Shown piece after piece: positions 18,243 to 26,752 of a stretch of 32,000 nt of DNA; position 1 is the stretch's first letter, and each line of letters opens with the position of its first letter. The notes beneath the pieces were generated by a model, which worked only from the letters and a program-made list of their open reading frames with translations, searched no databases and was not told the origin of the DNA. Source of the stretch: an uncultured Acidobacteriota bacterium. Its GTDB lineage: Bacteria > Acidobacteriota > Terriglobia > UBA7540. Where the stretch lies: positions 98,866 through 130,865 of the forward strand of contig CAVWDS010000006.1 in assembly GCA_963753795.1 (NCBI GenBank), in the 5' to 3' direction. The position numbers and the translations under genes were made by a program.

Positions 18243-19418
18243 TCATTCCCGCGGAAGTCGAAAGTCGCCCTTTACTCTCTTCAGATCGTCTTTCGCGGCT
18301 TTGAAGCGGGGATTCATCTGAACCGCCGTCTCGAGCTCGGAAATAGCCTCCGCGCTTCGCCCCCGCTTTTCCAGGATCAGCCCCAGCACCCGGTGAGCAT
18401 GAGCCGCGTCCGGCTCTTCTCCCTCCGGTTCCTGTGTAAGGTATTTTCGCAAATAGGCTTCGCCTCGCTGGAGCTCGACACCTGATTCCAGCAGAGCGTC
18501 TGCCGCCTCAAAGTAAGGGGCAAGGTCGTCGGGGACGGCTTTTTCGGAAGCAGAGAGAACGGCTTCAAGTTCACTCCATCTCCGCTCAAGGGCGAGAACT
18601 TTCGCCAGGATTGAATAGCCCCTCGCCCGCGCGGGATCGAGCTCGATGGCTTCGCGCGCATGCTTCCCTGCCCCCTCGGTGTTCCTGTGAGAGGGCTGTG
18701 TGTAAAAGCTTGCGAGGGCCGTCTGCGCCTCGTAGTTCTTCGGATCAGCTTGGACGGCTTTGAGAAGACACTCTTCCACTTTGGCAAAGTCTTTTGCTTC
18801 TTTGGCCAGCTCAGCCTGCGCCAGGTATCCATGCACCGGGCTGAGTTGGACGAGTTCCTCAGCAATGGCGCGGGCCTTTCCCTTGTCACCGCCCATCATT
18901 CCCGGGGCCTGAAAGCTGTACTCCATCAAGGCCTCCAACGTATCCAGGTTCTTGGGGTCACGGGCGAGGGAAGCCTCCAACTCACCCTTAAACTTTCCCG
19001 CAAGACTCGCCGCGGCAAAAATGCTGGCTCTTTCCGCCATCTCCCCGTAAACTTCCGCAAGTTGGAAGTGATTGTTCGAGTTTGCGTCTTCGAGCGCCAC
19101 CGCCTGCTGGGCGGATTTCAGCGCGCCATCCAAATCGCCAAGAGCGAGTTTTGCGCGGGAGAGCAGGCAAGCCGCCTGCGCATCGCGCGGGTTGGCGGCG
19201 AGGCGCGGCTCCAGAATTGCCCGCGCCCGCTTCCAATGGCCGGCTTCTATCAACGCTTCGGCAGAGCCCAGGCCGGGAGCGGCGGCCTCCATGGAAGAAA
19301 GTGGAAAGCAGAAAGTAGCAAGCAGAAAAAAGAAACTGGAAACTCGAAAATGGAAACTCGCACCCTTCCCTTCTAGTTTCTGATTTCTCGTTTTTGGTTT
19401 CTGAGTTGCCAGTTTCAT
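18243..19418 (-). CDS. Tetratricopeptide-repeat protein, probably secreted
   Basis: Repeated A/L/Y-rich 34-aa helical pairs run throughout (e.g. AEVYGEMAERA, AQAELAKEAKDFAKVEECLLKAVQADP). The ATG at 19418 gives a basic and hydrophobic N-terminus (KPKTRNQK...FFFLLATFCFPLSS). An alternative ATG at 19292 would remove it. The track ORF start at 19472 is less likely. Confidence 0.75.
   Translation of the reverse strand: MKLATQKPKTRNQKLEGKGASFHFRVSSFFFLLATFCFPLSSMEAAAPGLGSAEALIEAGHWKRARAILEPRLAANPRDAQAACLLSRAKLALGDLDGALKSAQQAVALEDANSNNHFQLAEVYGEMAERASIFAAASLAGKFKGELEASLARDPKNLDTLEALMEYSFQAPGMMGGDKGKARAIAEELVQLSPVHGYLAQAELAKEAKDFAKVEECLLKAVQADPKNYEAQTALASFYTQPSHRNTEGAGKHAREAIELDPARARGYSILAKVLALERRWSELEAVLSASEKAVPDDLAPYFEAADALLESGVELQRGEAYLRKYLTQEPEGEEPDAAHAHRVLGLILEKRGRSAEAISELETAVQMNPRFKAAKDDLKRVKGDFRLPRE
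19291..19414. repeat. Heptamer array H2: AAANNNG x10 facing CNNNTTT x6 (inverted pair)
   Basis: Ten in-register units at 19291-19360, a 12-nt loop, and six complementary units at 19373-19414. It shares the exact 13-mer GAAACTCGAAAAT (19339-19351) with array H7. Confidence 0.8.
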
Positions 19419-19491
19419 ATTTGGTTCTTTGGGGTCTCCGTGTGCTCTGTGTTGGAGCATTCGCTGTGGCACCTAATCCAAAATCTAAAAT

Positions 19492-21426
19492 TCATTTCCC
19501 CTTGAGCCAGCGCTCGCGAATCGCGGTCTGCTGGGGCGTGACGCCGGGCAGTTCCTGAATTGTGTAGGAACTCGGCGCCGGCGGGTCGAGAGTCAGATAG
19601 ATGATTTCCCGTCGGCCGTGGCGTTCGACCGTGAAGGGGACGCGTGCTCCCGGCGGATAGGCTCTCAGGCGTTGATCCAAATCCTCGGTGGCCAGAGGCT
19701 GGTCATCGACCGCAATCAGGAGGTCATCGCGGCCGAGCCCGGCGCGGTCGGCGGCCCCACCCGGCCGCACAGCGGCGACCTTGACACCGCGGTTGTCAGG
19801 GAGTGAAGCTATGCCGATACTAGGCGGGGAGCCTTCGGGAACACCGGTCCGCAGAGCCAATCCGGCCGCAGCGAGCACCGTTGCGCACGGCAGTGGGGCC
19901 GTCCCGCGCACGTAGCTGTCAAAGAAGGCGGTGAAGTCGCTCCCCGTCACCTCATTCACTGCTTCGAGGATGTCCTGCTCCTCGTAGCCCCGCCCCGGGC
20001 CGTAATAATTTGCTGGCGGTGCTTCGTAGAACTTGTGGTACAGCGACGAAAGGACATCCAGAAGGGATTTTGCGCCCTGTGTCCGGGCCTGAATCTCCAA
20101 GTCCAGGAGCATGCCGAGAAGCGCGCCCTTGTTGTAATAGGAGATGGTGGAATTGGCGAAGTTGGTCTCCTGCATTTGCGGAGCCCGGTCGTAGAACCAG
20201 GCGTGGAAGCTCGAGCTCTCGGCGGACATCAGCATCCGTCCCGGTGCGTCTTCCAGAGCACGAATCTCATCGGACAGGCGGCCGAGAAATTGCTGCCGCG
20301 TCCACAGGCCTGAGCGCAACAGGCTGAGATAACTGGCATAGGTGGTCACTCCCTCGGCAAGCCACAGGGAGGGCGTGTAAACTTCGCGCGTGTAATCGAA
20401 AGGTCCGAGTTCGGCCGGCCGCAGGCGCTTGACGTTCCAGAGATGAAAGAACTCGTGCGCCGCGTTCTCTAATGCCTCATCAAGGGTGCCGCTCAGGCTT
20501 CCTCGCAGGATGATCTGGGTGGAGTTCAGGTGCTCCATCCCGTCGCCCATCGAAATGTCGGGCGCGAAGTGGAAAATAAAAGTGTAATGCTCGAAATCCG
20601 GGGCGGGCATCAACGCCATTTCGGTGTGGACAATCTTCTGGAGGCCCTCGAGGAGCTTCGTCGTATCGGTGTTCTCGTCGTCATACGAGTGCACCGCGAC
20701 GCGAATGGTCTTGCCCCGCTCCTGGAAGCGGGCCAGCTTGGTTTCGGCGCAAACCTCGAGGGGAGTGTCAACCAAGCGGTCGTAATTAGCCACTTGAAAG
20801 GTCCGCCCGCTTGTGGAGTCGGATGAACCGCTGATCAACTGCCAGTCTTTCGGTGCGTCCACGGCCAGCGTGAGCGGATTGGGTTTGTGTCCCGCCACAT
20901 ACATGAAGATCGAGGGGCCATTCAAATTCGCGTGCGTGGGGTCAAACTGGGAGAAGGAACCGTTGAGGTCGTTGGCGAAAACCCGGTAGCGCACCTTGAC
21001 AACTCCACCTCCCTGGCGCAGGTCCACGCGCCAGGTTTGCTTGTCGAGGCTCCTCCAGGGCAGCGCCTGCCCTTGCCCGCCCCAGGCCGTGAATTCCTGC
21101 ACGTTCTTGGCGAAGTCGTAAATGGCGTAGCGGCCGGGCGACCAGGCCGGCATGACAAAGTCGAGGGAATCGCCCGAGACCTGGCGGGCGGTGATCTCGA
21201 CGTTCACAAGGTGCAGGTTGGGATGAGTCAGGGTGAGGCGATACTCCAGTTGCAGTGCCGAGGAAGCAGGTTCTTCTGCCGCCCGCAGCAGGCCAACCAC
21301 CGGGGCCAGCAGGAAGATGGTGAGTAGGGCCGCGCGGCGCAATCCGGGCTTACTCTCAGTTGCTCTCTTGGATGAGTTTAGTATCAGTGTTTTCTCCGAT
21401 GACGCCAGTCGGGTGGTTTCGGTCAC
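19492..21426 (-). CDS. M61 family metallopeptidase (glycyl aminopeptidase-like) with C-terminal PDZ domain
   Basis: HEFFHLWNVKRL zinc motif and a PDZ-like GVKVAAVRPGGAADRAGLGRDDLLIAVDDQPL. N-terminal signal-like RRAALLTIFLLAPVVGLLRAAEE. The start is non-ATG: GTG at 21426 or an internal TTG. Confidence 0.85.
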   Translation of the reverse strand: MTETTRLASSEKTLILNSSKRATESKPGLRRAALLTIFLLAPVVGLLRAAEEPASSALQLEYRLTLTHPNLHLVNVEITARQVSGDSLDFVMPAWSPGRYAIYDFAKNVQEFTAWGGQGQALPWRSLDKQTWRVDLRQGGGVVKVRYRVFANDLNGSFSQFDPTHANLNGPSIFMYVAGHKPNPLTLAVDAPKDWQLISGSSDSTSGRTFQVANYDRLVDTPLEVCAETKLARFQERGKTIRVAVHSYDDENTDTTKLLEGLQKIVHTEMALMPAPDFEHYTFIFHFAPDISMGDGMEHLNSTQIILRGSLSGTLDEALENAAHEFFHLWNVKRLRPAELGPFDYTREVYTPSLWLAEGVTTYASYLSLLRSGLWTRQQFLGRLSDEIRALEDAPGRMLMSAESSSFHAWFYDRAPQMQETNFANSTISYYNKGALLGMLLDLEIQARTQGAKSLLDVLSSLYHKFYEAPPANYYGPGRGYEEQDILEAVNEVTGSDFTAFFDSYVRGTAPLPCATVLAAAGLALRTGVPEGSPPSIGIASLPDNRGVKVAAVRPGGAADRAGLGRDDLLIAVDDQPLATEDLDQRLRAYPPGARVPFTVERHGRREIIYLTLDPPAPSSYTIQELPGVTPQQTAIRERWLKGK

Positions 21427-21455
21427 TAATCAGAATAGCAAAAAAAACATGCGGA

Positions 21456-21518
21456 TTATTTCTTCTCAGGCCCTAGCACCAGTTTGTGAACGGTGGCCTG
21501 TTCAACCGCCGCATCACT
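21456..21518 (-). pseudogene. Relic second copy of the acylase gene 3' end (last 20 codons plus TAA)
   Basis: Positions 21459-21518 align without gaps to 21544-21603 (50/60 identical, offset 85 nt). The relic encodes SDAAVEQATVHKLVLGPEKK*; the in-gene copy encodes SDAAVEQATVHKLVLGTGKK. It is out of frame with the live gene and is followed by a T8 run on the coding strand. Confidence 0.6.
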
Positions 21519-24069
21519 CACCCCCGGCACCCCATCCCCCCCATTTCTTCCCAGTACCCAAGACCAGTTTGTGAACGGTGGCCTGCTCGACCGCTGCATC
21601 GCTGAAGGACATGGGAAAACTGCGGCCGTTGTACCAGGCGTCGAACTGGTCCTTGTAGTAAGCGCTGAACACTTGGCCGGATTCGCCCAGAGTAATGTTC
21701 TGGACCGAATGGTCGAGGTCCGAGAGATCGACAACCATGCGCATGGAAGGACCGTGCCGGCTGGTTGTCGCTTTTACCGTGGTAGCAGTTCCTGCCTGCG
21801 GAAATGCGCCCACATTCAGCAGCCTCCCCAAAAGAGGAAAACCTTGGCCCAGCGGGTGGTAGAAAGTCAGAAGAATGGTATTGCCCCATTTCCAGGCGTC
21901 GTGACTCCCACCGCCTGCCCGGCCGGGGATTTGCTTTACGCCCTCTTCGAGACTCTTCATCAGGGTATCTGCGAAAGAGGAATCGCTGGGCGGGAGCCAG
22001 CGCGTCCATTTGTTCTCCAACACGTTCTGGAGGAAGATGGTGCTCATCCCCCAGTGGTAGCTCGAGAGGTCGTCGCCCAGTTTGGGTTTGAGGATGCGCT
22101 CGAGCAGGGCCTTGCGGGTGACTTCGCACACCAACGTGGCGGCAGAATCCATCCTGGCCTCGCCATCCCAAGGGTTCAGGAGGCTGAGAGCATACTGGGC
22201 GTCAGGGTCTTGCGGTAGATGGTGAGAGCTGGCTTGCAGAAGTTGTTCGGCGAGCCACTTGTCTTCCAGCGTGACAATGTCAGTCTGAATGCGCAGCATG
22301 TCGGCGACGGTGAAAGCCTTCCCGGCGCGAAGTAGTTGAAAGATGCGCGCGGTGCGAAACGGAGGATCCCAGTGGCTGGTGATGAAATAGGGGTAAGCGT
22401 CAGGCACCACGCGGCCATTCGCCGTGGCGATTATGCCGCTTGCAGGGTTGTAGGCATGCGGAAGATCCTCGAACGGAACGTAGTTGACCCAGTCGTAGTC
22501 GTCGGTATCGCCGGGCACGGGCACTGCCCCGGTGCCCTGTTTGCGGATGGGCACCCATGCCGCCGCGTAGTAGCCGATATTTCCGTCCCTGTCGGCATAC
22601 ACAAAGTTTTGCATCGGTCCCGTAAAGTTGCGCAAGGCGGCCGTAAACTGTTCCCAATTCTCCGCCAAGCCGATTTTGGGTAGGGCGTTGAATAAAGAGG
22701 AGAGGGCGTGCGGTTCGAGCACCGTCCATCGCAGGGCAAGGTCGCGATTGCCCGCATTCGAAATGATGGGGCCATGGCGCGTTACCTTCACCGTGAGTCG
22801 ATAATCCTGCTTCCGGCGAACCTTGATAACCTCGTCGCGGACTTCAGCATCAACCAGCGCGCCGTTGTGAAGGTACCTGTGGGGGGCAACAGGGTCGAAC
22901 CTTTCCGCATATAAGTCCTGGACATCGGGGCCGGTATTGGTCATACCCCAGGCAATCTTTTCATTGTGGCCGATAATCACCATTGGCGCGCCAGGCAAGC
23001 TTACTCCGCTCACGTTCAGGCCCGGGGCCTTCAAGTGGATCATGTACCACACGCTGGGAACACTGTGATCGAGGTGAGGGTCATTGGCGAGTAACGGCTT
23101 GCCGGACCGAGTGTGAGCGCCGTTGACCACCCAGTTGTTGCTTCCCCGCCCCGGATTGCCTGCGTCACCGGCGAGAAGGAGCGTAGCCAGGGTGGGGTCA
23201 AGATCACCAGGGTCCGTTGTCATTCCGAGCCGTACGTCTTCTGTCATTCCGAGCGAAGCGAGGAATCTCGCTCTGAAAGTAACGGACGTGCGAGATTCCT
23301 CGTCGTCGCGCGCCTGAGGGAATCCTCGGAATGATCCGTCGGCTGACGGACTTAAGGGTTTTTTCGGCGCCCCGCCAGGAGCGGCGGCGACCTCCGCCAC
23401 CGGCTCATCCAGCGGCGAGTGGTCCGGAAAGAGATCGGCGGAAAGCTCCAGGCCGAGCTTTGCCCGGATACGTTCGCGCATCAAATCTGTCCGCCAAGTT
23501 GTGCTGAGCGTCTTGGCCATATTCAGCGCCACGGCCAGGGAATCGGCCTCTGTCCATGGTCGAGGCCGGTACTTGAGCAAGTAGAATTCTATGGGCAGGT
23601 GGTCCTTGTGGCTGGCAATGAAAGCGTTGACCCCGTTGGCGTACGCGGCGAGTGGAGCGCGCGCCTTCGGGCTGAGCTCCGCCAGGGCGCGCTCAGAAAC
23701 TTGCCGGAATCCCAAGGTGCGGTTTTCGACGTCAAGCCGCAGCGTCCTTTCGCCGAAAACTTCTGAGAGTTCCCCTTCCGCCAATCGCCGGCTCAAGTCC
23801 ATCTGCCACAGGCGGTCTTGAGCCGTCACGTAACCTTGCGCGAAGAACAGGTCCGGGAGCGAGGAGGCGCGAAGGTGAGGAACGCCGCGCGCGTCGCGCA
23901 AGACCTCGACCGGCGCTGAAAGCCCGTCAACTTGAATCACTCCCTCGACTTGCGGAAGGCTTGAGCGAGCATGCCAGTACAGCCACCCACCGCCGCTCAC
24001 GATGATGAGCAGAAGAAGGATCACAAGAGATATGAGCTTGCGCTTGATAAACTGCCTCACAACTTGCAA
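21514..24069 (-). CDS. Penicillin/cephalosporin-acylase family Ntn hydrolase (membrane anchored)
   Basis: An N-terminal TM segment precedes the alpha domain (FFAQGYVTAQDRLWQMD). The GSNNWVV sequence (23131-23145) supplies the beta-subunit N-terminal nucleophile Ser, followed by NDPHL. GTG at 24060, 10 nt after a GGAGG, is a likelier start than the track's TTG at 24069. Confidence 0.9.
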   Translation of the reverse strand: MQVVRQFIKRKLISLVILLLLIIVSGGGWLYWHARSSLPQVEGVIQVDGLSAPVEVLRDARGVPHLRASSLPDLFFAQGYVTAQDRLWQMDLSRRLAEGELSEVFGERTLRLDVENRTLGFRQVSERALAELSPKARAPLAAYANGVNAFIASHKDHLPIEFYLLKYRPRPWTEADSLAVALNMAKTLSTTWRTDLMRERIRAKLGLELSADLFPDHSPLDEPVAEVAAAPGGAPKKPLSPSADGSFRGFPQARDDEESRTSVTFRARFLASLGMTEDVRLGMTTDPGDLDPTLATLLLAGDAGNPGRGSNNWVVNGAHTRSGKPLLANDPHLDHSVPSVWYMIHLKAPGLNVSGVSLPGAPMVIIGHNEKIAWGMTNTGPDVQDLYAERFDPVAPHRYLHNGALVDAEVRDEVIKVRRKQDYRLTVKVTRHGPIISNAGNRDLALRWTVLEPHALSSLFNALPKIGLAENWEQFTAALRNFTGPMQNFVYADRDGNIGYYAAAWVPIRKQGTGAVPVPGDTDDYDWVNYVPFEDLPHAYNPASGIIATANGRVVPDAYPYFITSHWDPPFRTARIFQLLRAGKAFTVADMLRIQTDIVTLEDKWLAEQLLQASSHHLPQDPDAQYALSLLNPWDGEARMDSAATLVCEVTRKALLERILKPKLGDDLSSYHWGMSTIFLQNVLENKWTRWLPPSDSSFADTLMKSLEEGVKQIPGRAGGGSHDAWKWGNTILLTFYHPLGQGFPLLGRLLNVGAFPQAGTATTVKATTSRHGPSMRMVVDLSDLDHSVQNITLGESGQVFSAYYKDQFDAWYNGRSFPMSFSDAAVEQATVHKLVLGTGKKWGGWGAGGE
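23219..23349. mobile_element. MITE-like nested palindrome (GTCATTCCG family) inserted in frame inside the acylase CDS
   Basis: GTCATTCCGAG occurs twice (23219, 23243). GCGAGGAATCTCGC (23258-23271) faces GCGAGATTCCTCG (23290-23302). CTCGGAATGA lies at 23325-23334, then the REP 14-mer as reverse complement at 23336-23349. It is translated as ...PSADGSFRGFPQARDDEESRTSVTFRARFLASLGMTEDVRLGMT... Confidence 0.75.
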
Positions 24070-24248
24070 ACCTCCACCCGGGATGTCATAAACCGATCTG
24101 CGGATCGATCGACGACGCAGGTCACTCGAGAAAGAAAACTATTCGGTTTTAGCCGGACCATGGTACTTAAAATCCTCTTGGGTAGCAATGCTGAGGGATC
24201 AACATGCCGAACGATCAACGGCCGAGGGACCAAGCGTAGTCACGCAAT

Positions 24249-24275
24249 CAGCCCTCCCCCGCGGGGAGAGGGCTG
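24249..24275. repeat. Isolated hairpin related to the first stem of the 80-bp GGGAGAGGG repeat
   Basis: CAGCCCTCCCCCGCGGGGAGAGGGCTG; compare CCCTCTCCCCCGGGGAGAGGG at 26644-26664. It lies in the acylase/dacB divergent region. Confidence 0.4.
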
Positions 24276-24313
24276 ATCTTCCGGTTTCGGCGCCCCTGTC
24301 CAACCAAAGATAT

Positions 24314-24426
24314 GTCTCTCGACTTCTCGACTCTCGACTCTCAACTGCACTACCTGTAAGATGGCACCTTTGGACTCTTTCTTGGGGGTTTGACCTTTGA
24401 CTTTCGACTTTCGACTGTTGACCGCA
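24314..24426. repeat. Heptamer array H3: GACTCTC units grading into GACTTTC/GACCTTT units, single register
   Basis: GAC-phased units at 24329 and 24336, then again at 24392, 24399, 24406, 24413 and 24420. The gap 24392-24336 = 56 = 8x7, so the register is kept through degenerate filler. The array runs into the first codons of dacB. Confidence 0.65.
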
Positions 24427-26004
24427 ATTCGAAAGCGGCTTAATCGACTCCTTGTCATTATCGTGCTCGCCCTTTTGAGCACGGCCTTGACCGCGCCGTT
24501 CCTCTCTGCTGCCAATCGACAATCGAAGCCGCACGCTTCTCCGGCGCTTAACGCTCGCCTTGACGCAATCCTTCGCTCGAGCGCTGCCGCACGCGGCTTT
24601 TGGGGCATCGAGGTGGCAGAGCTTCCCAGCGGAACAATCCTCTTCAGCCGTGACGCGCAACACCTTTTCCACCCCGCTTCAAACATGAAGTTGTTTACTA
24701 CAGCGGCGGGGTTCGAAAAGCTCGGACCGGATTTCGTCTTCCGCACCACGGTGGAAAGCGAGTCCGGACCGGATGCGCAGGGGCACGCGCAGAAACTTTA
24801 CCTGGTTGGGAAAGGAGACCCCAGTTTTTGTGACGACGTTTTTCCGCCGCTTCGGAATCCGGGTGAGGCCAAGAATCATCTTTGCCCGACTCTCCAAGAA
24901 CTGGCGGAGCAGATCAGGGCGCGTGGAGTGCTGGAAGTCTCCGGCCCTCTGGTAGCGGACGACAGTTATTTCCTTTGGGAACCGTACACCCACGGCTGGA
25001 CCGCTGAGGATCTGATATGGGGCTATGGGGCGGCCGTCTCAGCTCTGGCCTTGAATTCTAATGCTTTGCTGCTCCGAATCAAGCCGGCATTGAAGCTCGG
25101 CGATCCCGCCCAGGTTTGGCTTGAGCCCCTGGCGGACTATTACCAGCTCAACAACAGACTCGAAACCAGCGGAGCGGGAACCGAAGAGCGTTGGTCCGTA
25201 AAACGAGAGCTGGATTCCATGCGTCTGGACATTTGGGGGCAAATCCCCCTCGACGCCCGAGAGACTAGCGAACGGGTGGCCATCGCTCATCCGGCGCAGT
25301 TGGTCGGTGAACTTTTCCGCCAGGCGCTCGAGGGCGCCGGCGTTGTCGTCAAAGGCGGTGTCGAGGTGAATCATCTAACACCGCTGGAGGCAGCGACAGC
25401 CAGTCAAACTCCTCTCCCACTTTCTCCGCGCGTGGTCCTGGCCGAGCATGACTCCCAGCCGCTGCGGGAGATGGTGAAGGGGACCAACAAGGAAAGCCGG
25501 AACTTTTATGCGGAAATGTTTTTGCGCACTCTCGGTCGCGAGGTGAAGCATCGTGGCGGCCTCGAGGACGGCTTGGAGGTACTCAATGAATTCGCGCAGC
25601 AAATCGGCGCCGAGCCGGGCGAGACGGTGTTCGCCGATGGCTCGGGCCTCTCGCGAGATGATTTGGTGACACCAGACACACTCGTAAAGCTGTTGATCCA
25701 CATGGCGAGTGACCCGGCTTTCGAGGTATTCCTTAATACGCTGCCTGTGGCCGGCGTGGACGGGACATTGGTTGCCCGCTTCAAGGGGACACGTGCGGAA
25801 GGAAAAATCCACGCCAAGACGGGCACCCTCGAGCAGGTGAATGCCCTTTCCGGCTATATGGATCTGCCTTCAGGCAAGAGGCTTGTCTTCTCCATCATCG
25901 GAAATAGCCACCCCCTCAAGGAGCGGCAGGGCGCAGTTACCATCGACCAAATTGCCTTGGCCGTTTATGATTGGTACTCCCGGCACAAGAAAAGCAGGCA
26001 GTAG
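24397..26004 (+). CDS. dacB: D-alanyl-D-alanine carboxypeptidase/endopeptidase, PBP4 (peptidase S13)
   Basis: SxxK (PASNMKLFT), DGSGLSRDDLVTP and KTGTL motifs, with signal-like LLVIIVLALLSTALTAPFLSAA. There is no ATG near the 5' end; the candidate starts TTG 24397 and TTG 24418 both lie inside array H3. Confidence 0.88.
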   Translation: MTFDFRLLTAIRKRLNRLLVIIVLALLSTALTAPFLSAANRQSKPHASPALNARLDAILRSSAAARGFWGIEVAELPSGTILFSRDAQHLFHPASNMKLFTTAAGFEKLGPDFVFRTTVESESGPDAQGHAQKLYLVGKGDPSFCDDVFPPLRNPGEAKNHLCPTLQELAEQIRARGVLEVSGPLVADDSYFLWEPYTHGWTAEDLIWGYGAAVSALALNSNALLLRIKPALKLGDPAQVWLEPLADYYQLNNRLETSGAGTEERWSVKRELDSMRLDIWGQIPLDARETSERVAIAHPAQLVGELFRQALEGAGVVVKGGVEVNHLTPLEAATASQTPLPLSPRVVLAEHDSQPLREMVKGTNKESRNFYAEMFLRTLGREVKHRGGLEDGLEVLNEFAQQIGAEPGETVFADGSGLSRDDLVTPDTLVKLLIHMASDPAFEVFLNTLPVAGVDGTLVARFKGTRAEGKIHAKTGTLEQVNALSGYMDLPSGKRLVFSIIGNSHPLKERQGAVTIDQIALAVYDWYSRHKKSRQ

Positions 26005-26028
26005 GCAGAAAGCAGTAGGCAGTGGGTG
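25994..26028. repeat. Heptamer array H4: GNAGGCA x5
   Basis: gcaggca gtaggca gaaagca gtaggca gtgggtg. It contains the dacB stop codon (26002-26004). No inverted partner was seen. Confidence 0.45.
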
Positions 26029-26040
26029 CGGCTAATCATT

Positions 26041-26619
26041 ATGAAAGTCATAACAGTCTTCGGAAGTTCACTGCCCGGGGAGGCGAGCCGTGCTTACGCG
26101 GAAGCACGGCAACTGGGAAGACTGTTGGCAGAAGCCGGGTTCGCCATCTGCAATGGCGGATACAGGGGATTAATGGAAGCCTCAGCGCGAGGCGCTCGCG
26201 AGGCAGGCGGCCACACCATCGGCGTCACGTGCGAGGTCTGGCCTGGCAAGGCGAATCAGTGGATTGCAGATGAGGTACGCACAAAGTCGTTTTCCGAACG
26301 CCTCATGACGCTGCTGGAGCGCGGCGACGCTTACGTCGTTCTCCCGGGTGGAACCGGCACGCTGGCGGAATTGGCGCTGGCCTGGGAGATGATGAACAAG
26401 GCCAGCCTATCGAAGACGGTGGGCGGGAGCAAGCCCCTCCTGGTGATGTCGCCTTACTGGCAGCCGGTCATCGCTTGCCTGGAACAGGAAGGGCAGCTCA
26501 ACTCCACCCAGAAGGAATGGAAGTCGCCGGCGATGGAAATCGTCACCCTGGTGACCGGCCCCGAGCAGGTAGTCGAGTACTTGAAGAAGAGCCGCAAACG
26601 CGTGTCATTCCAAGGATAG
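26041..26619 (+). CDS. LOG family / TIGR00730-725-type Rossmann-fold nucleotide-binding protein
   Basis: ITVFGSS, NGGYRGLMEASARGAREAGGHTIGV and VVLPGGTGTLAELALAWE (PGGxGTxxE) motifs. ATG at 26041 is preferred over the upstream GTG at 26026. Confidence 0.8.
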   Translation: MKVITVFGSSLPGEASRAYAEARQLGRLLAEAGFAICNGGYRGLMEASARGAREAGGHTIGVTCEVWPGKANQWIADEVRTKSFSERLMTLLERGDAYVVLPGGTGTLAELALAWEMMNKASLSKTVGGSKPLLVMSPYWQPVIACLEQEGQLNSTQKEWKSPAMEIVTLVTGPEQVVEYLKKSRKRVSFQG

Positions 26620-26635
26620 CCGAAGAACGTTAAAT

Positions 26636-26713
26636 GGGTCTTGCCCTCTCCCCCGGGGAGAGGGTGGACCGCGACGGCGCTTTCACCAGCCGGCGCGGGC
26701 CGGGTGAGGGGTC
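26636..26713 (+). repeat. ~80-bp dispersed repeat, copy 1 (CTCTCCCCCGGGGAGAGGGTGG...CGCTTTCACCAGCCGGCGCGGG..GGTGAGGGGTC)
   Basis: It aligns with 31798-31876 in the same orientation with a few mismatches and two 1-nt indels. It contains an 8-bp GGGAGAGG/CCTCTCCC stem. Intergenic. Confidence 0.7.
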
Positions 26714-26752
26714 AGTTCCACGGCGAGGAGGGAGAGGGTTCGGCTGAACACA

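Noticed and set aside
18250-18275. GGAAGTCGAAAGTC resembling the RNase P RNA GAAAGUC box
   Set aside because: It lies inside the 3' end of the TPR CDS, and none of the other conserved P RNA elements are nearby.
24361-24378. Sigma-54-like TGGCAC upstream of dacB
   Set aside because: The required TTGC element at the -12 spacing is absent (the sequence is TGGCACCTTTGGAC).
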